From: Laetmonice hystrix | Taxonomy: Eukaryota | Direction of reading: 5' to 3' | Assembly (NCBI GenBank): GCA_965235115.1 | Contig: OZ249436.1 | Span: 50,594,001 to 50,654,000 of the forward strand | Length of the DNA: 60,000 nucleotides | Shown here: positions 1 through 11,905 of the stretch, piece by piece | Numbering within the stretch: the first letter of the stretch is position 1 | Layout of the letters: each line of letters starts with the position of its first letter | Position numbers and translations under genes: made by a program | The notes under the pieces: model-generated | Told to the model about the DNA's origin: nothing | Seen by the model: only the letters and a program-made list of their open reading frames with translations | Databases searched by the model: none

Positions 1-700
1 AGGGAATGAGGATATCCAATGTTACAATGCTGCATGTATATTTGTTGAGTGACTGGAGATGATTGTGATGTTAGATAAAGAATCAACAGTTGGAGGGAGT
101 AGGAGACGTTACTAGATGTAACAAGGTGTAACCGATGGAAACAGTTGGTGTAGTATAGCAAGGGTCAGCATGGACTTCGTTCCTTATTCAAGCAGGGTTC
201 CCATGACGACGTGGTATAATAGGCGACCCTTGGATATAGCTATATTATATATCGCTGATGCATGCTGCCCCAAACAATATAAAGATTTCTCCATGTGTTA
301 AAGTTGTCATCATTCCATGTAGGGTAATGAAATCGGTTAAAAAGTCGCGCGTGACGTCATGTTGTGCAGACGTTAAGTCCATACAGAGTTATAGTGCAGG
401 CATGAGTGCTGTGAGCGGTAGTATTTGTGTCGTAATAGACGCAGTATTTGGACATGGTTGATTATACAAGGATGTGTATTGTACTCAGTTTATAACTAGT
501 CGGTTTGGAAAGAAATGGGAAACATGCAGAGGTAATGGAACATTAACTGTAAGAGACGGTGTTTTGTTACTGATATTATTTATAGCGACAGTGATATGAC
601 TCTTGTCATTATTGCTATTCTCATTGATACTGTCTTGGAAAAGTTCAAACCAAGGTGGCCTATATGTCTTCATAACCATAGCTTTCTACGAAACTAAGTG
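1..700 (-). mobile_element. Possible decayed LINE ORF2 fragment (endonuclease and linker)
   Basis: Broken minus-strand frames give KTYRPP, WNDDNFNTWRNL and RHGNPA*IRNEV, in the order of the YRPP ... W ... PWIT.EI motifs of CR1/L2-type ORF2. Many stops. Confidence 0.4.
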
Positions 701-1482
701 TTGGGAGTGGCAAACTTGTGTGTCAAACACAATGGCAAATAGGCCCTCTCATGAGAACAAAAATCTATATTGTGACGCTGACCTGTCTCTGTTAATGTAT
801 GCCATGTGTTCGATAATCAGAGTCACGTAAACAGAGGAGTCCCACACCAAACATCAAAAATTTCGTACATAATTTGCGCCGCCAAGAACAGGTACAGATA
901 TATGGAGGGATATAAACAAGCAATCCCTCAAGTTTCCCAATAAAAGTTCTTGGATAACGTAGAGGAATTGGTCTTTTGAGTTGTTTTGTTGCAGTCGCCA
1001 AACAGGCAGAGTCCGCCGCGGCCTTCGAAAGAATGTAATTTTCTGTATCATTTCGTCAAGGAAATGGCAATAACAATGAATTAAATCCGAAGAATTTTAA
1101 TGAAATATTAATTTTGAAATTAATGTGCCTTCAGGTGATTCCAAGTGAAAGATCTTCGCCTAAATGAGGGCGATTAGAAAGTGAAAGGGATAACTCGGGA
1201 ACCAAATTACAAGCAATCCTTTAGATCCCATTATAATATACATGATGTAGTTAGTCGCCACTCAAAATCTCTTTCCTGGAGAAGGCTGTAACTCAAAATC
1301 TTCACTCGGGGTGTACCGCTAGTTGGAATCTTTTAAAAATAATTATTGGTCCTCAGGGGGACACTGGGTTACTAGACCAGTTGCTCATCGCCTTGCTTCA
1401 ACCACCCTGCCATTACGTACTGCGCCCACTGAATGTTTTCACTGTTTTCGTCGCGAGAATACCCTTCAATGCCAACACGGGG

Positions 1483-2889
1483 TGTAGCAACCAATTCTGT
1501 CATTTTTACCTTTTGTCACAGGTGACCACTTTTGTCACACAAAATGCCCACTTTTGTCACAGGTCACCACTTTTGTCATACAAAATACCCACTTTTGTCA
1601 CAGGTCACAACATCGCCCACTTTTGTCGTTCACCTTAGTCATAATTTTTGACCGATTTTTTCAAACTTGTCAATGCCAAAAAAGACAGCATGGCAGAAAT
1701 GAGATGGTTTACGGATATAGCTACAGATAGCTCCTTCATGAACAAACAATAATCAAGTGATTAATTAACCATCGGGCATAATTTATTGAATTACTGTATG
1801 AAAGTAAGCAAGATCTGTGGTGTAAATACAGTAGGTGAAAGATATGCCCGTATATGCACTCCTCTAATAAATTCTTGTTCTATAAATACCAGGTCGTGGT
1901 TTCTATTGTCCAGGTTTGTTTGTAACACCTCACGCCGGTGACTTTGTGCGTCAGTCATTCAGTTACAGTCAACAGTTTTACCTGTATGACACCGCCAGAC
2001 ATGCTTGGTTGTAGCACCTTGTTTTCATTAGGGCAGACATGACGGTTGAAATGATGTCTAGATTAATGTGAAATACTGTTCTACCTGGAAAACCTTCTGA
2101 TGTTTAAGTCGGTGTTCACTTCTATTGCTTTGTGGTAAAAAACCCACTAAAATACAGCTATGTAGGCAATTGGCTTTGGAGGTGAGACCCTAATTTGTAT
2201 ATAAATGACTTAACTATGTGGACCTTGACGCTGGGTGACGACTGTCGTATGCAGAACGTCGGGGTCACGTGCCTCATTGTCCATGTTGCCCTGATTTTAT
2301 CATTTTCGTTAATATCTTTTAATAAAATCAACTTGCAGGAAGAAACTATGCGTGGTCACCCCATTTGTAGTGCTCCAGACGGGATCTACACCTCCAAGGC
2401 TTTGGTTGTTGCCTGAAAAATGTTTTTTTATCTGACTAAAACAATGTGGTTGTGTGGGACACCAATCTGGAGGTCCAGCTTGACCTCCCCACTATATAAA
2501 CCCACGAAACCACTGGTCACATGTACAGTGAACGGTCACGTCTGAAAGTATCGCTTAGATAGACTCGGGTCTGTCTCCCATGAACTGGCTGATGGGTCGG
2601 AAGGAGCTTGCATGGGTCCACGTTCGGTCGTAGTCTGGCAACACGTGCTGATGGTCAAACACTGACAGTATGATGAGTCACGAAGTGTCCACTTGGAGCC
2701 GGGAGGGTGCAAGGCTGAGAAAAGTGCGACATGACTCTTCTATAGGGATGTAGCAATACAACCCGTTCCCCGTCAGTGGGTCGATCTGTGGCATAGTTCC
2801 GTATGGCGGCTATCATTGGGTTATCACGTGTTGTCTCAGACGCCAGATCTTCGAACGGATCTAGTCGACTAAGACCAAGTTCACTTTTT
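1483..2889 (-). mobile_element. Diverged, inverted, truncated element B copy
   Basis: Starts TGTAGCAACCAATTCTGTC (TIR); reverse-complement match to ~5715-7121; stops where the GA/CT microsatellite would begin. Confidence 0.88.
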
Positions 2890-3469
2890 TTTAAATAATT
2901 CTCCTCTGATACTTTTAATAACTCATATAATTGACAAGTGATGCCGAGGTCAGCCTAATAAAGCAGATGATGCTTTTAGACAGGAAGTTGTTTCACTGAA
3001 ATGCGTCTGTCTTTGACCGAGTCGGTCGTAAGGCACGTCAGCTGAACGACCCCCCCCCCCCGCCCTCATCCCCACCACCTCATGGCGGCCTACCCAAGGT
3101 TAATTAAAATTCCTCCATCATCTGAAATTCAAAAACGCTACCGTTCTCCGTTTTGTCCAAAGCTCGTGACGACAGACCAGGATTGATTATGAGAAGTGTG
3201 TGGTTGTGAATGTTTTAAGTTGTTAACGTGATGTCCTAATGTTGCCAGGTATCAGATGTTCTCAAACATACAGTGTACTCAAAAGGTCACATACCATAAG
3301 TATAGTTTAAAGTTTCCTTCGGTATAACTTATACATGTCCATAATATCATCCTGATGACCGCCATCGATGCGAAAACTAATTGAAGAGCAATGCGTCCTT
3401 GATAAAGGGTGACCCAACAAAATTCAGGATGGGAGTTTACATAGTACTTCTAACTCCTATTCGTAATAA

Positions 3470-4106
3470 TTAAATCATTCCCTGGCCAGTACAAGCATAT
3501 TTGCGCGCACTGAAGAAGGTAGGAATGACATTCAGAGGAAAGATTCCAAGTTGGCACACACTCTCAGCTTCTCAAAGCAGACAGAAACGTGAAGATGTTG
3601 GTATAAAACCTGTTATTTCTGTACACAATTGGCTGGAAGTGCACGAACGTATATATTTTCTGAAAGCCCCATTAGTTCTCTATCTGATGACACCAGAAAA
3701 TCACATATTTATGTATTTCGTTTCATTTTATTTGACTTTAAGTTGCTGAAAGTCTGAAAATGGGCAGTTGTACATGGTTCACAATTATCACCCATATACG
3801 CCACCTGTGTGACAGACAGCACATTGAAGCGCTGCCAGGGACACGTACGGGGTACCAGAGGTTTAATGAAATATTCCAGTAGGACGGCGACTTATCTGAG
3901 TGTTTCATTTAAAAAAATGTGAGGTGGCAGTCGGCGCGTTTTCATTTTATATGGCGTCGTATGCAAATTAGCAGCGAGGTCAACCCGAAAGGAGCGATGC
4001 ATGGTTCATCCGCGGTCCGTTGGTGGCGCCACCGTCCGGTGCTGCGGTTCGACCCATGTTTGAACTTGCTCATTCGCTAGCATATAGAAAGGGGGAGAGC
4101 ACCCGA
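3470..4106 (+). repeat. Left copy of a direct repeat bracketing the array (blocks 3470-3597 and 4028-4106)
   Basis: Matches 35028-35233, with 430 bp (3598-4027) present only on the left. Confidence 0.9.
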
Positions 4107-4926
4107 GTAGCATGGCTACTAGGCCAGTCGGTAAAATGTAGGGACTTCTCACTCTACTGGTTGGCCTCCCACACTGCTTGGCCTCACAGTGTACTGTTTG
4201 GCCTCACTGTACTCTTTGGCCTCACTGTAGTGTTCGCTGGGGTGCAAGGCCAGCCAGTACCTTGTAGCGATTCCTCACTGTACCGTTTGTCCTCCCTGTA
4301 CCGTTTGCTTGTATACAAGAGTAGCCAGTAATATAGGGACGCCTAATGTTTCATGTCTCCATGCCTTTATTGTCCAGCACGCAGGCCATACGTTTCGTCT
4401 ATCATCTACTCCCATCTAATCTGTGTCCCCTGCAGACGATCTGTCAGCGTGCGACAACGTTGTCAGGTCGTCCCAATGACTGTTTGCCGTAAAGGTTTAG
4501 TTAACAATGGCAAATGACGTTGTGCGCCTATTCTATATCAGATATCCCACCCCCAAGTAAGAAACAAACAAAGAAAGAGTACAGAGATGTTGCAGGCAAG
4601 AAACACCAGGGTGCAGCGCAGCTCTACTGAAGCGGCGGCGGGGGCGCGACTGCACTGCCATCTTCCGGCTACCGGTGAAATCACCACGTATACCTGGCCG
4701 GGCTGGCAGCCACCTGTGGCTCTTGGGTTAAAGCAATGAGAAGCAAAAAATGGCTACAATCCTGATACGTCAAATTGAAACTACGCCCCCAAAGTTATGA
4801 TTCTTAGGCCAGATGCATAACTGTCAAACGTATAGATCTCGTACGTTCGCTACAGATATATGGTTGTGATGTGTATAGGGCCTACTTCCCATTTGAGTAT
4901 CTTCTCCAGATTTTAACATTCGATGC

Positions 4927-5656
4927 TGTAGCAACCACTTTTGTCATTTTTACCACTTTTTTCACAGGTCACCACTTTTGTCGCACACACTGCCCACCTT
5001 CGTCACGGGTCACCACTTTTGTCCCAAAATAGCCCACTTTTGTCGTTCTCGAGGGCACCACTTTATTCATAATTTTCGGACTGTCATACACCATGCACTG
5101 TGCCCACTTTTGTCACACCGAACACTTCTTCCTAATAACCTAGTTGTCGACTGAAAAATCCCCCCACCCCTCCTGTGATATACCTGGCTACTTGTATCAT
5201 TCTGGCCTACAATGTATGTAGCCTCCCCATGTCGGGATAGTTATTGATGTCTTTGTGTGAAATTTGTGCTTAACGTGCTGCTAATAATGCGTAGGCTCGC
5301 AAGTTATAAAATTTGGCACCGGTAAAAGAAAAGGCTGGAGAAGGCGTGTAAATGTATTTTCAACTTTTTCATTTCATTTTGACCAAAAGGGGATCCTCCC
5401 AGCCAGGTCTGCTTCGGTGCGCCGTGCAGAGTAGTGGTAGTATAGAATGTAAGTGAGAGAGATAGAGAGAGAGACAGACAGAGACAGACAGAGACAGGCA
5501 GAGGGGAAAGAGAGATAGGGGAGGGCAATAGAGAGAGAGGGAGAAAGAGAGAGAGAGGGTGAGAGAGAGAGAGAGGGAGAAAGGAGAGATATGGGGGAGG
5601 GCGAGAGGGAGGGAGGGAGAAAGAGAGATATGGGGGAGAGGCAAAGGGATGCAGAT

Positions 5657-5703
<47 letters not shown>

Positions 5704-7121
5704 GAAGAAAAGAAGAAAAAGTGAATTTGGTCTTAGTCGACTAGATTCGTTCATCCTACCGTTCGAAGATCTGGCGTCTGAGACAACACGTCATAACCCA
5801 ATGATAGCCGCCATACGGAACCGTGCCACAGATCGACCCACTGACGGGGAACGGGTTGTATTGCTACATCCCTTTAGAAGAGTCATGTCGCACTTTTCTC
5901 AGGCTTGCACCCTCCCGCCTCCAAGTGGACACTAAGTGACTCATCATACTGTCAGTGTTTGAACCATCAGCACGTGTTGCCAGACTACGACCGAACGTGG
6001 ACCCATGCAAGCTCCTTCCGACCCATCAGCCAGTTCATGGGAGACAGACCCGAGTCTATCTAAGCGATACTTTCAGACGTGACCGTTCACTTTACATTTA
6101 AACAGTGGTTTCCTGGCTTTATATAGTGGGGAGGTCAAGCTGGACCTCCAGAGTGGTGTCCCACACAACCACATTGTTTTACTAAGATAAAAACATTTTA
6201 CAGGCAACAACCAAAGCCCTGGAGGTGTAGATCTCGTCTGTAGCACTAAAAATAGGGGGACCATCCATAGTTTCTTCCTGCAAGTTGATTTCATTAAAAC
6301 ATATTAATAAAAATGATAAAATCAGGGCACCATGGACAATGAGGCACGTGACCCCGACGTTCTGCATACGACAGTCGTCACCCAACGTCAAGGTCAACAT
6401 AGTTACAGTCATTTATATACAAATTAGGATCTCACCTCCAAAACCAATTGCCTACATGGCTGTATTTTAGTGCGTTCTTTACCACAAAGCAATATAAGTG
6501 AACCCCGACTTAAAGTTCAGAAGGTTTTACAGGTAGAACATATTTCACATTAATCAAGACACCATTTCCACCGTCCTGTCTGTCCAAATGAAAACAAGGT
6601 GTACAACCAAGCATGTCTGGTGGTGTCATACTGTCTACAGGTAAAACTGTTGACTGTAACTGACTGACTGACGTACAAAGTCGCCGGCGTGAGGTGTTAC
6701 AAACAAACCTGGACAATAGAAACCACTATACCTGGTATTTATAGCACAAGACGTTATTAGAGGAGGGCGTATACTGTCATAGCTTTCACCTACTCTGTTT
6801 ACCACACAGATCTTGCTTACTTGATTATTGTTTGTTCATGAAGGAGTAAAAGTTTTAATATCAACTAATGCAATATGTGCCCCCTGACTTCATGGATCTG
6901 TTATCCGTAAACCATCTCATTTCTGCCACGCTGTCTTTTTTGGCCTTGACAAGTTTAACAAAACTGGTCAAAAAATTATGACTAACGTGATGTCCTTAAG
7001 AACGACAAAAGTGGGCGACGTTGTGACAAAAGTGGTGACCTGTGACAAAAGTGGGCATTTTGTGTGACAAAAGTGGTGACCTGTGACAAAAGTGGTAAAA
7101 ATGACAAAAGTGGTTGTTACA
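4927..7121 (+). mobile_element. Element B copy 1: non-autonomous TIR DNA transposon, Ginger2/TDD-like ends
   Basis: Begins TGTAGCAACCACTTTTGTCATTTTTACCAC and ends GTGGTAAAAATGACAAAAGTGGTTGTTACA. TIRs ~150 bp with repeated CACTTTTGTC. GATGC duplicated on both sides; empty monomer junctions have one GATGC. No transposase ORF. Confidence 0.9.
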
Positions 7122-9704
7122 GATGCTCCTCGCCAGTACCTTTCATTTCCACTACCTCACTGTAGTGTTTGCATGGCTACTAGGCCAGTCGGTAAAATGT
7201 AGGGACTTCTCACTCTACTGGTTGGCCTCCCACACTGCTTGGCCTCACAGTGTACTGTTTGGCCTCACTGTACTCTTTGGCCTCACTGTAGTGTTCGCTG
7301 GGGTGCTAGGCCAGCCAGTACCTTGTAGGGATTTCTCACTGTACCGGTTGTCCTCCCTGTACCGTTTGCTTGTATACAACAGTAGCCAGTAATATAGGGA
7401 CGCCTCATGTTTCATGTTTCCATGCCTTTATTGTCCAGGAGGCAGGCCATACGTTTCGTCTATCATCTAGTCCCATCTAAGCTATGTCCCCTAGAGACGA
7501 TCTGTAAGCGTGCGATAACGTTGTCAGGTCGTCCCAGTGACTGTTTGGCGTAAAGGTTTAGTTAACAATGCCAAATGACGTTGTACGCCTTTTCTATATC
7601 AGATATTCCATCCCCAAGTAAGAAACAAACAAAGAAAGAGTACAGAGATGTTGCAGGCAAGAAACATCAGGGTGCAGCGCAGCTCTACTGGAGCGGCGGC
7701 GGGGGCGGCGACTGCACTGCCATCTTTCGGTTACCGATGGAATCACCACGTATAACTGGCCGGGCTGGCAGGCACCTGTGGCTCTGAGGTTAAAGCAATG
7801 AGAAGCGAAAAATGGCTACATTTCTCATACGTCAAATTGAAACTACGCCCCCCCCCCAAAGTTATGATTCTTAGGCCAGATGTATAACTGTCAAACGTAT
7901 AGGTCTCGTACGTTCGCTACAGATATATGGTTGTGATGTGTATACTTCCCATTTGAGTATCGTCTCCAGATTTTAACATTAGATGCTCCTCGCCAGTACC
8001 TTTCATTTGCACTACGTCACTGTAGTGTTTGCATGGCTACTAGGCCAGTCGGTAATATGTAGGGACTTCTCACTATACTGGTTGGCCTCCCACACTGCTT
8101 GGCCTCACAGTGTACTGTTTGGCCTCACTGTACTCTTTGGCCTCACTGTAGTGTTCGCTGGGGTGCTAGGCCAGCCAGTACCTTTTAGCGATTCCTCACT
8201 GTATCGTTTGTCCTCCCTGTACCGTTTCCTTGTATACAACAGTAGCCAGTAATATAGGGACGCCTCATGTTTCATGTTTCCATGCCTTTATTGTCCAGGA
8301 GGCAGGCCATACGTTCCGTCTATCATCTAGTCCCATCTAAGCTATGTCCCCTAGAGACCATCTGTAAGCGTGCGACAACGTTGTCAGGTCGTCCCAATGA
8401 CTGTTTGGCGTAAAGGTTTAGTTAACAATGGCAAATGACGTTGTACGCCTTATCTATATCAGATATCCCATCCCCAAGTAAGAAACAAAGAAAGAAAGAG
8501 TACAGAGATGTTGTAGGCAAGAAACACCAGGGTGCAGCGCAGCTCTACTGAAGCGGCGGCGGGGGGCGGCGACTGCACTGCCATCTTTCGGTTACCGATG
8601 GAATCACCACGTATAACTGGCCGGGCTGGCAGGCCCCTGTGGCTCTGAGGTTAAAGCAATTAGAAGCGAAAGATGGCTACATTTCTCATACGTCAAATTG
8701 AAACTACGCCAACCAAAGTTATGATTCTTAGGCCAGATGTATAACTGTCAAACGTATAGGTCTCGTACGTTCGCTACAGATATATGGTTGTGATGTGTAT
8801 ACTTCCCATTTGAGTATCGTCTCCAGATTTTAACATTAGATGCTCCTCGCCAGTACCTTTCATTTGCACTACGTCACTGTAGTGTTTGCATGGCTACTAG
8901 GCCAGTCGGTAATATGTAGGGACTTCTCACTATACTGGTTGGCCTCCCACACTGCTTGGCCTCACAGTGTACTGTTTGGCCTCACTGTACTCTTTGGCCT
9001 CACTGTTGTGTTTACTGGGGTGCTAGGCCAGCCAGTACCTTGTAGCGATTCCTCACTGTACCGTTTGTCCTCCCTGTACCGTTTGATTGTATACAAGAGT
9101 AGCCAGTAATATAGGGACGCCTAATGTTTCATGTCTCCATGCCTTTATTGTCCAGCACGCAGGCCATACGTTTCGTCTATCATCTACTCCCATCTAATCT
9201 GTGTCCCCTGCAGACGATCTGTCAGCGTGCGACAACGTTGTCAGGTCGTCCCAATGACTGTTTGCCGTAAAGGTTTAGTTAACAATGGCAAATGACGTTG
9301 TGCGCCTTTTCTATATCAGATATCCCACCCCCCAGGAAGAAACAAACAAAGAAAGAGTACAGAGATGTTGCAGGCAAGAAACACCAGGGTGCAGCGCAGC
9401 TCTACTGAAGCGGCGGCGGGGGCGCGACTGCACTGCCATCTTCCGGCTACCGGTGAAATCACCACGTATACCTGGCCTGGCTGGCAGCCACCTGTGGCTC
9501 TTGGGTTAAAGCAATGAGAAGCAAAAAATGGCTACAATCCTGATACGTCAAATTGAAACTACGCCCCCAAAGTTATGATTCTTAGGCCAGATGCATAAAT
9601 GTCAAACGTATAGATCTCGTACGTTCGCTACAGATATATGGTTGTGATGTGTATAGGGCCTACTTCCCCTTTGAGTATCTTCTCCAGATTTTAACATTCG
9701 ATGC

Positions 9705-10428
9705 TGTAGCAACCACTTTTGTCATTTTTACCACTTTTTTCACAGGTCACCACTTTTGTCGCACACACTGCCCACCTTCGTCACGGGTCACCACTTTTGT
9801 CCCAAAATAGCCCACTTTTGTCGTTCTCGAGGGCACCACTTTATTCATAATTTTCGGACTGTCATACACCATGCACTGTGCCCACTTTTGTCACACCGAA
9901 CACTTCTTCCTAATAACCTAGTTGTCGACTGAAAAATCCCCCCACCCCTCCTGTGATATACCTGGCTACTTGTATCATTCTGGCCTACAATGTAAGTAGC
10001 CTCCCCATGTCGGGATAGTTATTGATGTCTTTGTGTGAAATTTGTGCTTAACGTGCTGCTAATAATGCGTAGGCTCGAAAGTTATAAAATTTGGCACCGG
10101 TAAAAGAAAAGGCTGGAGAAGGCGTGTAAATGTATTTTCAACTTTTTCATTTCATTTTGAACAAAAGGGGATCCTCCCAGCCAGGTCTGCTTCGGTGCGC
10201 CGTGCAGAGTAGTGGTAGTATAGAATGTAAGTGAGAGAGATAGAGAGAGAGACAGACAGAGACAGACAGAGACAGGCAGAGGGGAAAGAGAGATAGGGGA
10301 GGGCAATAGAGAGAGAGGGAGAAAGAGAGAGAGAGGGTGAGAGAGAGAGAGGGAGAAAGGAGAGATATGGGGGAGGGCGAGAGGGAGGGAGAAAGAGAGA
10401 TATGGGGGAGAGGCAAAGGGATGCAGAT

Positions 10429-10492
<64 letters not shown>

Positions 10493-11905
10493 AAAGAAGA
10501 AAAAGTGAATTTGGTCTTAGTCGACTAGATTCGTTCATCCTACCGTTCGAAGATCTGACGTCTGAGACAACACGTGATAACCCAATGATAGCCGCCATAC
10601 GGAACCGTGCCACAGATCGACCCACTGACGGGGAACGGGTTGTATTGCTACATCCCTTTAGAAGAGTCATGTCGCACTTTTCTCAGGCTTGCACCCTCCC
10701 GCCTCCAAGTGGACACTAAGTGACTCATCATACTGTCAGTGTTTGAACCATCAGCACGTGTTGCCAGACTACGACCGAACGTGGACCCATGCAAGCTCCT
10801 TCCGACCCATCAGCCAGTTCATGGGAGACAGACCCGAGTGTATCTAAGCGATACTTTCAGACGTGACCGTTCACTTTACATTTAACCAGTGGTTTCCTGG
10901 CTTTATATAGTGGGGAGGTCAAGCTGGACCTCCAGAGTGGTGTCCCACACAACCACATTGTTTTACTAAGATAAAAACATTTTACAGGCAACAACCAAAG
11001 CCCTGGAGGTGTAGATCTCGTCTGTAGCACTAAAAATAGGGGGACCATCCATAGTTTCTTCCTGCAAGTTGATTTCATTAAAACATATTAATAAAAATGA
11101 TAAAATCAGGGCACCATGGACAATGAGGCACGTGACCCCGACGTTCTGCATACGACAGTCGTCACCCAACGTCAAGGTCAACATAGTTACAGTCATTTAT
11201 ATACAAATTAGGATCTCACCTCCAAAACCAATTGCATACATGGCTGTATTTTAGTGCGTTCTTTACCACAAAGCAATATAAGTGAACCCCGACTTAAAGT
11301 TCAGAAGGTTTTACAGGTAGAACATATTTCACATTAATCAAGACACCATTTCCACCGTCCTGTCTGTCCAAATGAAAACAAGGTGTACAACCAATCATGT
11401 CTGGCGGTGTCATACTGTCTACAGGTAAAACTGTTGACTGTAACTGACTGACTGACGTACAAAGTCGCCGGCGTGAGGTGTTACAAACAAACCTGGACAA
11501 TAGAAACCACTATACCTGGTATTTATAGCACAAGACGTTATTAGAGGAGGGCGTATACTGTCATAGCTTTCACCTACTCTGTTTACCACACAGATCTTGC
11601 TTACTTGATTATTGTTTGTTCATGAAGGAGTAAAAGTTTTAATATCAACTAATGCAATATGTGCCCCCTGACTTCATGGATCTGTTATCCGTAAACCATC
11701 TCATTTCTGCCACGCTGTCTTTTTTGGCCTTGACAAGTTTAACAAAACTGGTCAAAAAATTATGACTAACGTGATGTCCTTAAGAACGACAAAAGTGGGC
11801 AACGTTGTGACAAAAGTGGTGACCTGTGACAAAAGTGGGCATTTTGTGTGACAAAAGTGGTGACCTGTGACAAAAGTGGTAAAAATGACAAAAGTGGTTG
11901 TTACA
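9705..11905 (+). mobile_element. Element B copy 2
   Basis: Near-identical to 4927-7121, same GATGC flanks. Confidence 0.9.

Noticed and set aside
2665..2720. ATGATGAGTCAC...CTGA as a hammerhead ribozyme or C/D snoRNA in element B
   Set aside because: Lacks CTGATGA and the GAAA core, the box C-D spacing is short, and there is no terminal stem.
3955..4095. Octamer ATGCAAAT plus TATA-like box as an snRNA promoter
   Set aside because: No recognisable snRNA follows in either copy of the flank repeat, and isolated motifs are insufficient.
4185..4215. CACAGTG heptamer in monomers as a RAG recombination signal
   Set aside because: No ACAAAAACC-like nonamer at 12 or 23 bp.
5304..5935. ER- and SL-repeat ORFs in element B
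   Set aside because: Translations of the (GA)n microsatellite; the frame changes between copies with tract length.
7983..8252. 89-92-aa hydrophobic ORF repeated in nearly every monomer (MLLASTFH...)
   Set aside because: It arises from 18-bp sub-repeats. Conservation only reflects near-identical copies, the 34062 copy has an in-frame TAG, and no domain is recognisable.
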